From positions 261-64,260 of the forward strand of contig JAKLEN010000005.1 of assembly GCA_022711665.1 (NCBI GenBank): 64,000 nt of DNA, read 5' to 3'. Origin of the DNA: Acidobacteriota bacterium. Lineage in GTDB: Bacteria; Acidobacteriota; Aminicenantia; Aminicenantales; Saccharicenantaceae. A program made the position numbers and the translations under genes. A model generated the notes under the pieces. That model ran no database searches, had not been told where the DNA came from, and saw only the letters and a list, made by a program, of their open reading frames with translations. Shown in pieces: positions 53,193-62,758 of the stretch (position 1 is the stretch's first letter; each line of letters begins with the position of its first letter).

Positions 53193-55058
53193 TCAGAACA
53201 GGACCCGGGCCTCGCCCAGGGTCCGGATCAGGCTGCGGATCTTGCGGATGAGAAGCGTCCGGCGGGCGTTGAGGGCCTCGATCTCTTCCCGGCCGAGGTA
53301 GGGACTCAGGTAAGCGGCGACGGCCTTGCCGTCCCAGGCCTGGAGGCGGGAGTAGAGGGCCCTGGAGCAGCTCCGGACCTGGCAGCCCGAGCCCTCGCCC
53401 TTGTCCGGGGCGAAGGCCTCGGAGAAGTCGACCCGATAGATCCGTTCGTCGCCCTCCCGGACGAGCGTGTCCTTGTCCCGGCGGCAGTCGTCGTTGACCA
53501 GGGCCTGGAAGACGGTCAGGTCGGCCAGGGCCCGCTCGAAGGCCTGGCGGTCCCTTGGCTCGATCCCGGCCTCCCGCCGCTCGGCCAGCGAACGGGCGCC
53601 GGAGACGAACGCCTGCACGGCCCCGGCGACGCCCTCGACCGTTCGTTCGACGATCGGCGGCACGGCTTCGATGTCGAGGTATGTGCTCAGGGCGTAAGCG
53701 GCCAGGTCGTAGCGCCAGCTGTCGGCCAGGGAGTCGGGCCGCCGCCGGTCGATGTACTTGAACAGGGCCGGCCGGGAGAACCCCTCCGATTCGAGGGTCA
53801 GGCGCCAGGCATCGGTGCGGCCGCCGACGCCGGGACCGCGGCCCGTGACGGCGGCGGTCCGCAGGAACGTCTCCATCTCCCGCGGCGACAGGGGCCGCGG
53901 CGGGGGCGGCCGGATGCCGCTGCGGGCGGCCACTTCCTCCGTCTCGCCCCAGACCTTGAACTCGCCGCGCTCATAGACCAGGGCCGAGGGGATGCCGCCG
54001 TAGCTGCCGGAGATGCCCGTGTCCATTATCCAGACCTTGTCCTGGAACCGGGTGACGCGGCTCTTCTCGACGACGGCGCTCGAGCCGTGGTTGAAGCGGA
54101 AGTAGTTATGGCCGATGACCATGGCCCTGGCGCCCAGGTTGGCCAGGGTCCGGTCAATCTCGGCCTGGGCCGCGGCCTCGCTCTTGGTGGCCAGGCCCCG
54201 GAACCAGAGAGGGCTGTCGGGGTCGTAGACGAGCCGGGGATGGAACGGCTTGCCGTAATCCTGGGGGTTGCGCATGCGCCCCTGGAAGAATTGGAGCTCG
54301 GTGCGTATGACTTGGTTGATCTCCCGGAGGGGCCACTTGGAGACGGCCTCGCTGATCCCGCCGTGGACGTAAACGATGTCGTCGATCTTGATGACCGAGT
54401 TCTGCCGCACCAGCCAGTCGCCGCAGGCCTTGTTGAAGCCCAGAATGTAGGCCCGGCGGGCCTCGGGGTCCCTGGCGGTCAGGGCCTTGTGCCAGAATCC
54501 GGCCAGGTCCTCGTCGGCATAGATGTCGAGGCCTTCGATCTCGGCCTTGCGGCGCTCCTCGGCCGGGAGCGTCCTGAGGAATTCCGCCTCCCGCTTGCGG
54601 CGGAAGTCCGCCGGCAGGAAGGCCACGAACTGCTCGACGGGCACGTAATCCGGATAGTCCAGGACTATGCCGGTGATGTTCATCTCCTCATGGTTGCCGA
54701 GGAGCATGTGGACGGCGCCGCCGGCTTCGGCCGCTTCGCCCTGCAGCCGCCGGATGAGATCGAGGATGTCCTTGGCCCGCGGGCCCCGATCCAGGACATC
54801 GCCGAGCTGGACGAGGTGGGTCCGGCCCCCGATCCAGTGGAGCGAAGCGTCGACCAGCCCGATCTGGGGATGGGCCAGGATGAAGACGAAGCGGTCGTAG
54901 TCGCCATGGAGGTCGGCCACGGCCACGACCCGGTCGACGCCGGTCCATTGATAGGGGATCTCGTCGGCCGGGGCGGGGCGGACCAGGAGGGCGAGGGCCA
55001 GCGCCAGCCCCGAAAGGAAGGGACGCAGCTCCGGACGGCCTTTTCTGCGGCGGAACAT
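53193..55058 (-). CDS. exported fusion protein: PPP-family metallophosphoesterase (ApaH/PrpA-like) N-terminal domain plus a degenerate atypical-kinase-like C-terminal domain (paralogue 3)
   Basis: A signal peptide is followed by the MPP motifs DLHGDYDRF, GDVLDRGP and GNHEEMN. The C-terminal domain (AAYALSTYLDIEAVPPIVER...LVNDDCRRDKDTLVRE...VDFSEAF) aligns to the other two paralogues with catalytic residues lost. Confidence 0.65.
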   Translation of the reverse strand: MFRRRKGRPELRPFLSGLALALALLVRPAPADEIPYQWTGVDRVVAVADLHGDYDRFVFILAHPQIGLVDASLHWIGGRTHLVQLGDVLDRGPRAKDILDLIRRLQGEAAEAGGAVHMLLGNHEEMNITGIVLDYPDYVPVEQFVAFLPADFRRKREAEFLRTLPAEERRKAEIEGLDIYADEDLAGFWHKALTARDPEARRAYILGFNKACGDWLVRQNSVIKIDDIVYVHGGISEAVSKWPLREINQVIRTELQFFQGRMRNPQDYGKPFHPRLVYDPDSPLWFRGLATKSEAAAQAEIDRTLANLGARAMVIGHNYFRFNHGSSAVVEKSRVTRFQDKVWIMDTGISGSYGGIPSALVYERGEFKVWGETEEVAARSGIRPPPPRPLSPREMETFLRTAAVTGRGPGVGGRTDAWRLTLESEGFSRPALFKYIDRRRPDSLADSWRYDLAAYALSTYLDIEAVPPIVERTVEGVAGAVQAFVSGARSLAERREAGIEPRDRQAFERALADLTVFQALVNDDCRRDKDTLVREGDERIYRVDFSEAFAPDKGEGSGCQVRSCSRALYSRLQAWDGKAVAAYLSPYLGREEIEALNARRTLLIRKIRSLIRTLGEARVLF

Positions 55059-55066
55059 CCTATTCC

Positions 55067-55095
55067 TTTATAGCCGCTTTCGGGCGGTTCTTCAA
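55067..55095 (-). promoter_or_regulatory. sigma70-type promoter (TTGAAG-N17-TATAAA) 8 nt upstream of the ATG of the kinase-like operon
   Basis: The minus strand reads TTGAAGaaccgcccgaaagcggcTATAAAggaataggATG. Confidence 0.45.
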
Positions 55096-55192
55096 GTCCT
55101 GCCGGGGGTTTGACTCGCCGGCGCGCCTCCTGATATCCTGCCCCCATCAGGGACCGGACAGGGGCCTTCCGGAGCGGACGGCCGCCTCCCCG

Positions 55193-56587
55193 ATGAAAGG
55201 ACTCGCGACCATGAGACAACGAACGGATCTCGCGGCGGGGGGCCGGCGGGGGAGGGGACCGGCGGCCCGCCTGGCGCTGGCGGCCGGTCTGGCGGCGGTC
55301 CTGGGGCTGGCCCTGGCGTCCTGCGCCGGTCGGGAGAGGCCGGCCGGGCCCGGGACGACGGCGGCCGCGGCCCGGGTCAAGCCCGGCGTCGAGGTTTTCC
55401 TGGAGAAGCACCTCGACCTGGTCAAGGGCAAGCGGGTCGGCTTGATAACAAACCAGACCGGCACGGACGCCGGGCTGCGTTCGACCGTGGAGCTCTTCCA
55501 GTCCAACCCCGCCATCCGGCTGGTCGCCCTTTACGGCCCCGAGCACGGCGTCCGGGGCGACGCCCAGGCCGGCGTCTACGTGCCGTTCTATTACGACCAG
55601 GCCTATAAGCTGCCCGTATTCAGCCTCTACGGACAATCCTTCAAGCCCGATCCGGGCATGCTCAGGAACATAGACGAGTACATGCGCTCCTTCGACACCC
55701 GGGAGGCGGGCAAGGTGCCGGAGGGGGGCATGGTCAAGGACGTCGACGTGCTCGTCTTCGACATCCAGGACGTCGGGACTCGCGTCTACACCTACGTCGC
55801 CACCATGGCCTACGCCATGCAGGCCGCGGCCGAGGCCGGGCTCGACTTCATCGTCCTGGACCGGCCTGCGCCGATCAACGGCGTCGACATGGAAGGGGCC
55901 ATCCTCGAGTACCCGGAGCTCAGCTCGTTCATCGGGCTGTTCCCGATCCCGCTGCGGTTCGGCATGACGGCCGGCGAGCTGGCCCGCCTGTTCAACGACA
56001 AGTTCCTGGCCCGCACGGCCAAGCTGACGGTCATCCCCGTGGAGGGCTGGTCGCGGTCGATGTGGTTCGACGAGACCGGGCTGCCGTGGGTCATCCCCTC
56101 GCCCAACATGCCGACCCTGGACACGGCGACCGTCTACCCCGGTCTGGTGGCCATCGAGGGCACCAACCTGTCGGAGGGCCGGGGCACGACCCGGCCGTTC
56201 GAGCTCTTCGGCGCGCCGTGGCTCGACGGCCACGCCCTGGCCGCCCGGCTGAACGCCCTCGGCCTGCCGGGGGTCCGCTTCCGGGAAGCCTGGTTCACGC
56301 CGTCCTTCTCCAAGTTCCAGGGCGAGCTCTGCGGCGGCTGCCAGATTCACGTGACCGACCGGACGGCCTTCCGCCCGGTGGCCACAGTCCTTCACATCAT
56401 CAGGACGGTGCGGGACGCGGCCCCGGGCAAGTTCGCCTTCCACGCCGATTACTTCGACAAGGTCATGGGCACGGCCTCCGTCCGCAAGGCCCTGGAAGCG
56501 GGGACGGACGTGGCCGCCATCCTGGAGAGCATGCGGCCCGGCCTGGAATCTTTCGCCGCTTTGCGCCGGGCTTATCTGCTCTATTAA
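55193..56587 (+). CDS. DUF1343-family lipoprotein (NamZ-like exo-beta-N-acetylmuramidase family)
   Basis: The lipobox is LASCAG. KRVGLITNQTGTD, the conserved DUF1343 N-terminal motif, is present. Confidence 0.7.
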   Translation: MKGLATMRQRTDLAAGGRRGRGPAARLALAAGLAAVLGLALASCAGRERPAGPGTTAAAARVKPGVEVFLEKHLDLVKGKRVGLITNQTGTDAGLRSTVELFQSNPAIRLVALYGPEHGVRGDAQAGVYVPFYYDQAYKLPVFSLYGQSFKPDPGMLRNIDEYMRSFDTREAGKVPEGGMVKDVDVLVFDIQDVGTRVYTYVATMAYAMQAAAEAGLDFIVLDRPAPINGVDMEGAILEYPELSSFIGLFPIPLRFGMTAGELARLFNDKFLARTAKLTVIPVEGWSRSMWFDETGLPWVIPSPNMPTLDTATVYPGLVAIEGTNLSEGRGTTRPFELFGAPWLDGHALAARLNALGLPGVRFREAWFTPSFSKFQGELCGGCQIHVTDRTAFRPVATVLHIIRTVRDAAPGKFAFHADYFDKVMGTASVRKALEAGTDVAAILESMRPGLESFAALRRAYLLY

Positions 56588-56609
56588 AGAAAGAAGGGGT
56601 CAAACCTAA

Positions 56610-56935
56610 GGTTCTTCTCCCGATTCCGGGAAGTCCCTCTCTCGGGCTCTAGCTCGGGGATGTCCTCTTGCTCCCCGGCCGGCGCGTAGCGGACTCTTGG
56701 GAGCGGAGGTCAGGATCACGGCCGAGCGCTCGAGGCCGGGATCCTGAGAAATATCTTCATAAAGCGCTTTCTCCCGATATCTCCCAGAAGCATGGCTCCG
56801 AGTCGCTCCGCCATGCTTCTGATGGTCGCTTCGAGGACTTCGCTCCCTGCCGGCCCCCCTCCTCCAGCAACGGGGAACTGCGAGGACAATCTCCTCGCCG
56901 CCTCGAGAGTGAATCCCGGAAATGGGAGAAGAACC
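56610..56935. mobile_element. MITE-like structured repeat, copy 3 (full length, with both TIRs)
   Basis: The left TIR is GGTTCTTCTCCCGATTCCGGGAAGTCCCTCTCTCG and the right TIR is CGAGAGTGAATCCCGGAAATGGGAGAAGAACC. The 9-mer AAACCTAAG is present at 56602-56610 and again at 56961-56969. The copy sits inside a split palindrome related to 41595-41645. Confidence 0.7.
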
Positions 56936-57093
56936 AAACTTAGGCTTTTCAGAAAGGATTAAACCTAAGTCTTTTTACTTTTTCGCCCTATACCCGCCGT
57001 AAAAAAGTTAAAGGGTTCAGGTTTGACCCCGTCTTTGCTAGAATAAAGCCCTTCCCCTTAACGGGACGATCATCAGGCAAGGAGATTGACGCG

Positions 57094-58665
57094 ATGACGA
57101 TGAACTCTCCCCGTTACGCCCTGGCCAACCCCCTGTCTCTTGTCCTGGACAAGCCGGCCGCCGATTTTACCCGGGCGGACCTGCTCAAGGTCGTCGAGGC
57201 CCGGCAGATCGAGCGCGTCACCTTTCATTACCTGGCTATCGACGGCAAGCTCAAGGAACTGACCATCCCGGTGACCGACCGCTATCACCTGGACGCCGTC
57301 CTGGCCGAGGGGGAGCGGGCCGACGGCTCGTCGCTGTTCAAGGGCATGGTCGATATGGGCCTGTCGGACCTCTACATCGTGCCCGTCTACCGCTCGGCCT
57401 TCTTCAATCCCTTCGATGAGGGCAGCCTGGACTTCGTCTGCCGCTATCTCGCCCAGGACGGCTCGCCGGCCTCCTTCACCTATGACGGCATCCTGGCCCG
57501 GGCCGCGGCCCTGTTCCGCAAGGTCTCCGGCCTGGAACTCCAGGCCATGGGCGAGCTCGAGTTCTACCTGCTGACGACGCCCGCCGACCGCTCCTACCCG
57601 GTCGAGGACCACCGGGGCTATCACGGCTCGGCGCCGTTCGCCAAGAGCGGCCCCATCCTCCACGAGATGGTCCGGCACATCGCCTCGGTCACCGGCGCGG
57701 TGAAATACGCGCATTGCGAGAACGGCGTCATCGATCCCGTCCGCAGCGACCTGGCCGAGATCAACGGCCGCCTGGCCGAGCAGCTCGAGATCGAGTTCGT
57801 GCCCCGGCCCGTCGAGGAAGCGGCCGACGACCTCGTCCTCGGCCGCTGGATCATCCGCAACACCGCCTTCCGGCACGGGGCCGTGGCCACCTTCACGCCC
57901 AAGCTCGAGGAGGGCATCGCCGGCAGCGGCCTGCACTTCCACCTGGCCCTGGCGAAGGACGGGCGGAACATCATGCGCGCCCCGGACGGCCGGCTCTCGA
58001 CCGAAGCTCGCAAGCTCGTCGGCGGCCTGTGCCAGTACGCCGACTCCCTGACGGCCTTCGGCAACACAGTCTCGTCGGCCTACCTGCGTCTGGTCCCCAA
58101 TCAGGAAGCGCCGACCCGCATCTGCTGGAGCGACCTCAACCGCAGCGCCCTCATCCGCGTCCCCCTCGGCTGGTCCGGCGTCGCCGGCCTAGCCCGCCGG
58201 GTCAACCCGGCCGAGAGCCAGGACTTCGTCGACGACCGCGGCGGCCGGCAGACCGTCGAGATCCGCAGCCCGGACGGCAGCGCCCTCATCCACCTGACCC
58301 TGGCCGGGATCGCCATGGCCGCCAACTGGGCCTTCGGCGGCGACCGCTCCCTGTTCAGGGACTCCGGCCCGCTCGAGCTGGCCGAGAGCCTGTATGTCAA
58401 GGGCAACATTTTCGCCGATACCGAGCTGCTCAAGCGCCTGCCCGTCCTGCCGGCCAGCTGCGTCGAGTCCAGCCGGGTCCTGCTGGCGAAGCGCGGCCTC
58501 TACGAGCGCGACGGGATCTTCCCGCCGTCGGTCATCGATTACGCGGCCCGCAGGCTCGAGGCCGAGGACGACGAGTTCATGAACAAGCGCCTGTCCGATC
58601 TGCCGGCCCACGACCGGCTGCACGAGATCCGCAAGATCATGCATAAGGACCTGCACAAGCATTGA
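57094..58665 (+). CDS. glutamine-synthetase-family protein (catalytic-domain type, GSIII/GmaS-like)
   Basis: AAGGAG precedes the start. The GS catalytic motifs GSGLHFHLAL and AYLRLVPNQEAPT are present. Confidence 0.7.
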   Translation: MTMNSPRYALANPLSLVLDKPAADFTRADLLKVVEARQIERVTFHYLAIDGKLKELTIPVTDRYHLDAVLAEGERADGSSLFKGMVDMGLSDLYIVPVYRSAFFNPFDEGSLDFVCRYLAQDGSPASFTYDGILARAAALFRKVSGLELQAMGELEFYLLTTPADRSYPVEDHRGYHGSAPFAKSGPILHEMVRHIASVTGAVKYAHCENGVIDPVRSDLAEINGRLAEQLEIEFVPRPVEEAADDLVLGRWIIRNTAFRHGAVATFTPKLEEGIAGSGLHFHLALAKDGRNIMRAPDGRLSTEARKLVGGLCQYADSLTAFGNTVSSAYLRLVPNQEAPTRICWSDLNRSALIRVPLGWSGVAGLARRVNPAESQDFVDDRGGRQTVEIRSPDGSALIHLTLAGIAMAANWAFGGDRSLFRDSGPLELAESLYVKGNIFADTELLKRLPVLPASCVESSRVLLAKRGLYERDGIFPPSVIDYAARRLEAEDDEFMNKRLSDLPAHDRLHEIRKIMHKDLHKH

Positions 58666-58672
58666 GGCGGCC

Positions 58673-59718
58673 GTGGGCGCGATGACCTCCCGGGAGCGCT
58701 GGCGGGCCGTGCTCGCCCGCCGGACGCCCGACCGGGCGCCGCTCGACTACTGGGCCACGCCGGAGTTCGACGCCAAGCTGGCCCGGCATCTCGGCTGCCG
58801 CACCCGGCGCCAGGCCCTCGACCGGCTGGGGATCGACTACGAGGTCCGGCTCCAGCCCGCCTACGTCGGACCGCGCCTGCCCCGGATGCAGGACGAGTTC
58901 GGCCGCCGCTTCCGCCGCGTCGGCTACGGCCCGGGCGCCTACCGCGAGTGCATCCACAACCCGCTGGCCGGATTCGGGTCCGTGGCCGAGATCGAGCGGA
59001 GCTACGTCTGGCCCTCGGCCGACTGGTGGGACTTCAGCGGCATCGGGGAGCAGGCCCGGAGGAACGAGACCCACCCGCTGCGAGGCGGCGGCTCGGAACC
59101 CTTCCTCGTCTACAAGGAGCTCCGGGGCATGGAGCAGGCCTACGTCGATCTCGTCGAGAACCCGGAGATCGTCCGCTTCTGCCTGGACAAGCTCTTCGGC
59201 CTGGCCTACGACTGCGCCCTCCGCATCTACGAGGCCGCTCCCGGCCGCGTCGACATCTCCTACATCGCCGAGGACATGGGCGGCCAGACCGACCTGATGA
59301 TCTCGGTCCGCCACATCCGCGAGTTCCTGCTGCCGGGCATGAAGCGCATGATCGACCTGGCCCACCAGGCTGGCGCCTGCGCCTTCCACCACAACGACGG
59401 TAGCTGCTGGCGGATCATCCCCGACATGATCGGCCTGGGCATCGATCTCCTCAACCCGCTCCAATGGCGCTGTCCGGGCATGGAGAGGGAGCGGCTGAAG
59501 AAGGAATTCGGGCCGCACGTCGTCCTCCACGGCGGCATGGACAACCAGTATACCCTGCCCTTCGGCACCGTCGCCGAGGTCCGGCGCGAGGTCGAGGACA
59601 ACCTCCGGATCCTGGGGGAGGGGGGCGGCTATATCCTGGCGCCCTGCCACAATATACAGGCGATCACGCCCGTCGAGAACGTGCTGGCCATGTACGAGAC
59701 CGCCCGGGGGCGTCCGGC

Positions 59719-59722
<4 letters not shown>
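58673..59722 (+). CDS. uroporphyrinogen-decarboxylase (URO-D)-family protein, possibly a methyltransferase-type member
   Basis: It shows the URO-D fold hallmarks (...ISYIAEDMGGQTDLMISV...; ...LHGGMDNQYTLPFGT...). The start is GTG at 58673 or ATG at 58682. Confidence 0.6.
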
Positions 59723-61230
<1,508 letters not shown>

Positions 61231-61322
61231 GGCTAACCTCTTTCTTTCCCGCCGATTCTAGGGGAGAGGAGCCGGGCGAGTCAATCCCTTTTCCGCTCCG
61301 GCGGGAGCTTGCCGGAGCTTGA

Positions 61323-61351
61323 TGACAGATAGCCGCGAAATGCGGTAAAAT
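61323..61351 (+). promoter_or_regulatory. sigma70-type promoter (TGACAG-N17-TAAAAT) 9 nt upstream of the ATG at 61361
   Basis: The sequence reads gaTGACAGatagccgcgaaatgcggTAAAATaaacggaccATG. Confidence 0.4.
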
Positions 61352-61360
61352 AAACGGACC

Positions 61361-61927
61361 ATGAGAAAAGCCACCCCTGCCGCCGTCATCCTCGTTTTGG
61401 CGCTCGCCGGGCTCGCCCTTCCCGTCCGGGGCGCCGATACGGCCGTGACCCTCAAGGCCGGATTCTTCCTGCCGTCGGACAGCGTCTTCCGCGACGTCTA
61501 CGCCAGCCCGCCGCTCTTCGGCGTCGACCTCACGGTCCCCCTGTCCGGGCCTCTCCAGTTCTGGGCGGGCGCGGAGTACATCGGCAAGACCGGGCTGCTT
61601 CCGGTCTCCGAGGAGGAGACCAAGGTCCGGCTCATCCCGCTCTACGCCGGCCTGCGGGCCCAGTTCGGGCGGAAGAACGCCAGGCCCTATATCGGCGCGG
61701 CGGCCGCCTACTTCATGCTTCACGAGGAAAACCCCATCGGCTCGGCCAGCGAGAGCGGGCTGGGCCTGTTGACCCAGGCCGGGGTCCAGCTGCGGCTGGT
61801 CGGGCCGGTTTGGCTCGATCTCTTCGCCGGCTACCGCCTTGGCACCGTCAAGACGGATGACGAGGACCCCCTCGAAGCCGACCTGGGCGGTCTCTCCGTC
61901 GGCCTCGGCGCGTCGTTCAAGTTCTGA
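61361..61927 (+). CDS. small outer-membrane beta-barrel protein (OmpW/OmpA-like 8-strand barrel)
   Basis: A signal peptide is followed by alternating hydrophobic beta-strands and a C-terminal Phe (...GASFKF). Confidence 0.65.
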   Translation: MRKATPAAVILVLALAGLALPVRGADTAVTLKAGFFLPSDSVFRDVYASPPLFGVDLTVPLSGPLQFWAGAEYIGKTGLLPVSEEETKVRLIPLYAGLRAQFGRKNARPYIGAAAAYFMLHEENPIGSASESGLGLLTQAGVQLRLVGPVWLDLFAGYRLGTVKTDDEDPLEADLGGLSVGLGASFKF

Positions 61928-61995
61928 TAAAACCGGAACCTTATGCGTCTTAACCGCCCTTGAAATCGAGGGGACGGACCGCTAAACTGGATGCC

Positions 61996-62625
61996 ATGAA
62001 AGCCGCCCTGCGGACCTTGGGCGTCCTGGCCGCCCTGCTCCTCCTCGCTACCCCCTCGTTCGCCGTGCTCAAGCCGGGCGACAAGCTCGTCCCGTTCTCC
62101 CTGAAGAACGTCGACGGCAAGGACTATACCGTGGCCCTGGAAGACGGCCGGCTGACCGTGACCGTCGCCGAGACCGTCGGCGGCGAGACCAAGGTGGTCA
62201 AGACCCGCCCGGCCGCCGTTCTCCTCGATTTTTGGGCCACCTATTGCGTGCCCTGCCGCAAGGCCATGCCGCACATGCAGAAGCTCCACGAGAGCCTGAA
62301 GCCCGCCGAGGGCCAGGCCTCCGGCGGGCTCCACGTCATCGGCATCGCCCTTGACGCGGCCGGCGGCAAGGTCGTCCGGCCCTTCTACCAGAAGCTCAAG
62401 ATCACCTACCCGCTGCTGGCCGACCCGCCCGCGGCCGCGCCGGCCGCAGGCTTGGCGGCGACCTCCGGGGACGTGAAGAAGCGCTACGGGGTCCAGGAGA
62501 TCCCGGTCGTCTATGTCGTCGACGCCTCCGGCACCATCACCCACGCCCATGTCGGCGCCACCGAGGCCCAGATGGCCGAGCTCGACGCCGCCGTCAAGGC
62601 TCTCGTCGGGGGAGCGGGGCGGTGA
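61996..62625 (+). CDS. TlpA/ResA-like thioredoxin-fold thiol-disulfide oxidoreductase, exported
   Basis: A signal peptide is followed by the CxxC active site WATYCVPC. The ORF-track TTG start at 61960 is probably too far upstream. Confidence 0.7.
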   Translation: MKAALRTLGVLAALLLLATPSFAVLKPGDKLVPFSLKNVDGKDYTVALEDGRLTVTVAETVGGETKVVKTRPAAVLLDFWATYCVPCRKAMPHMQKLHESLKPAEGQASGGLHVIGIALDAAGGKVVRPFYQKLKITYPLLADPPAAAPAAGLAATSGDVKKRYGVQEIPVVYVVDASGTITHAHVGATEAQMAELDAAVKALVGGAGR

Positions 62626-62758
62626 AGCGCCGGCTTCCCTGGATCCTGCTGGGCCTCGCGCTCGTCGTCATGATCGGCGGGCTCCTCCTCGGCGAGTACC
62701 GCTCCGTCCTTGAGAAGGCCGTCACTGTCTGCCTCGACTGCATCGGCATCGGGTGAGC
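62622..62758 (+). CDS. small membrane peptide (44 aa) with one TM helix and C-terminal CxxC (CLDCIGIG)
   Basis: It is below the ORF-track cut-off. The GTG start overlaps the tlpA-like stop (GTGA), and its own stop overlaps the GTG of the next gene (GTGA). It is translationally coupled on both sides. Confidence 0.4.

Noticed and set aside
51171-55073. 1300-aa plus-strand ORF 51171..55073 and other plus-strand ORFs in 50308..54900
   Set aside because: They are antisense to the four-gene kinase-like / TLC operon, whose genes have Shine-Dalgarno sequences, signal peptides and recognisable domains.
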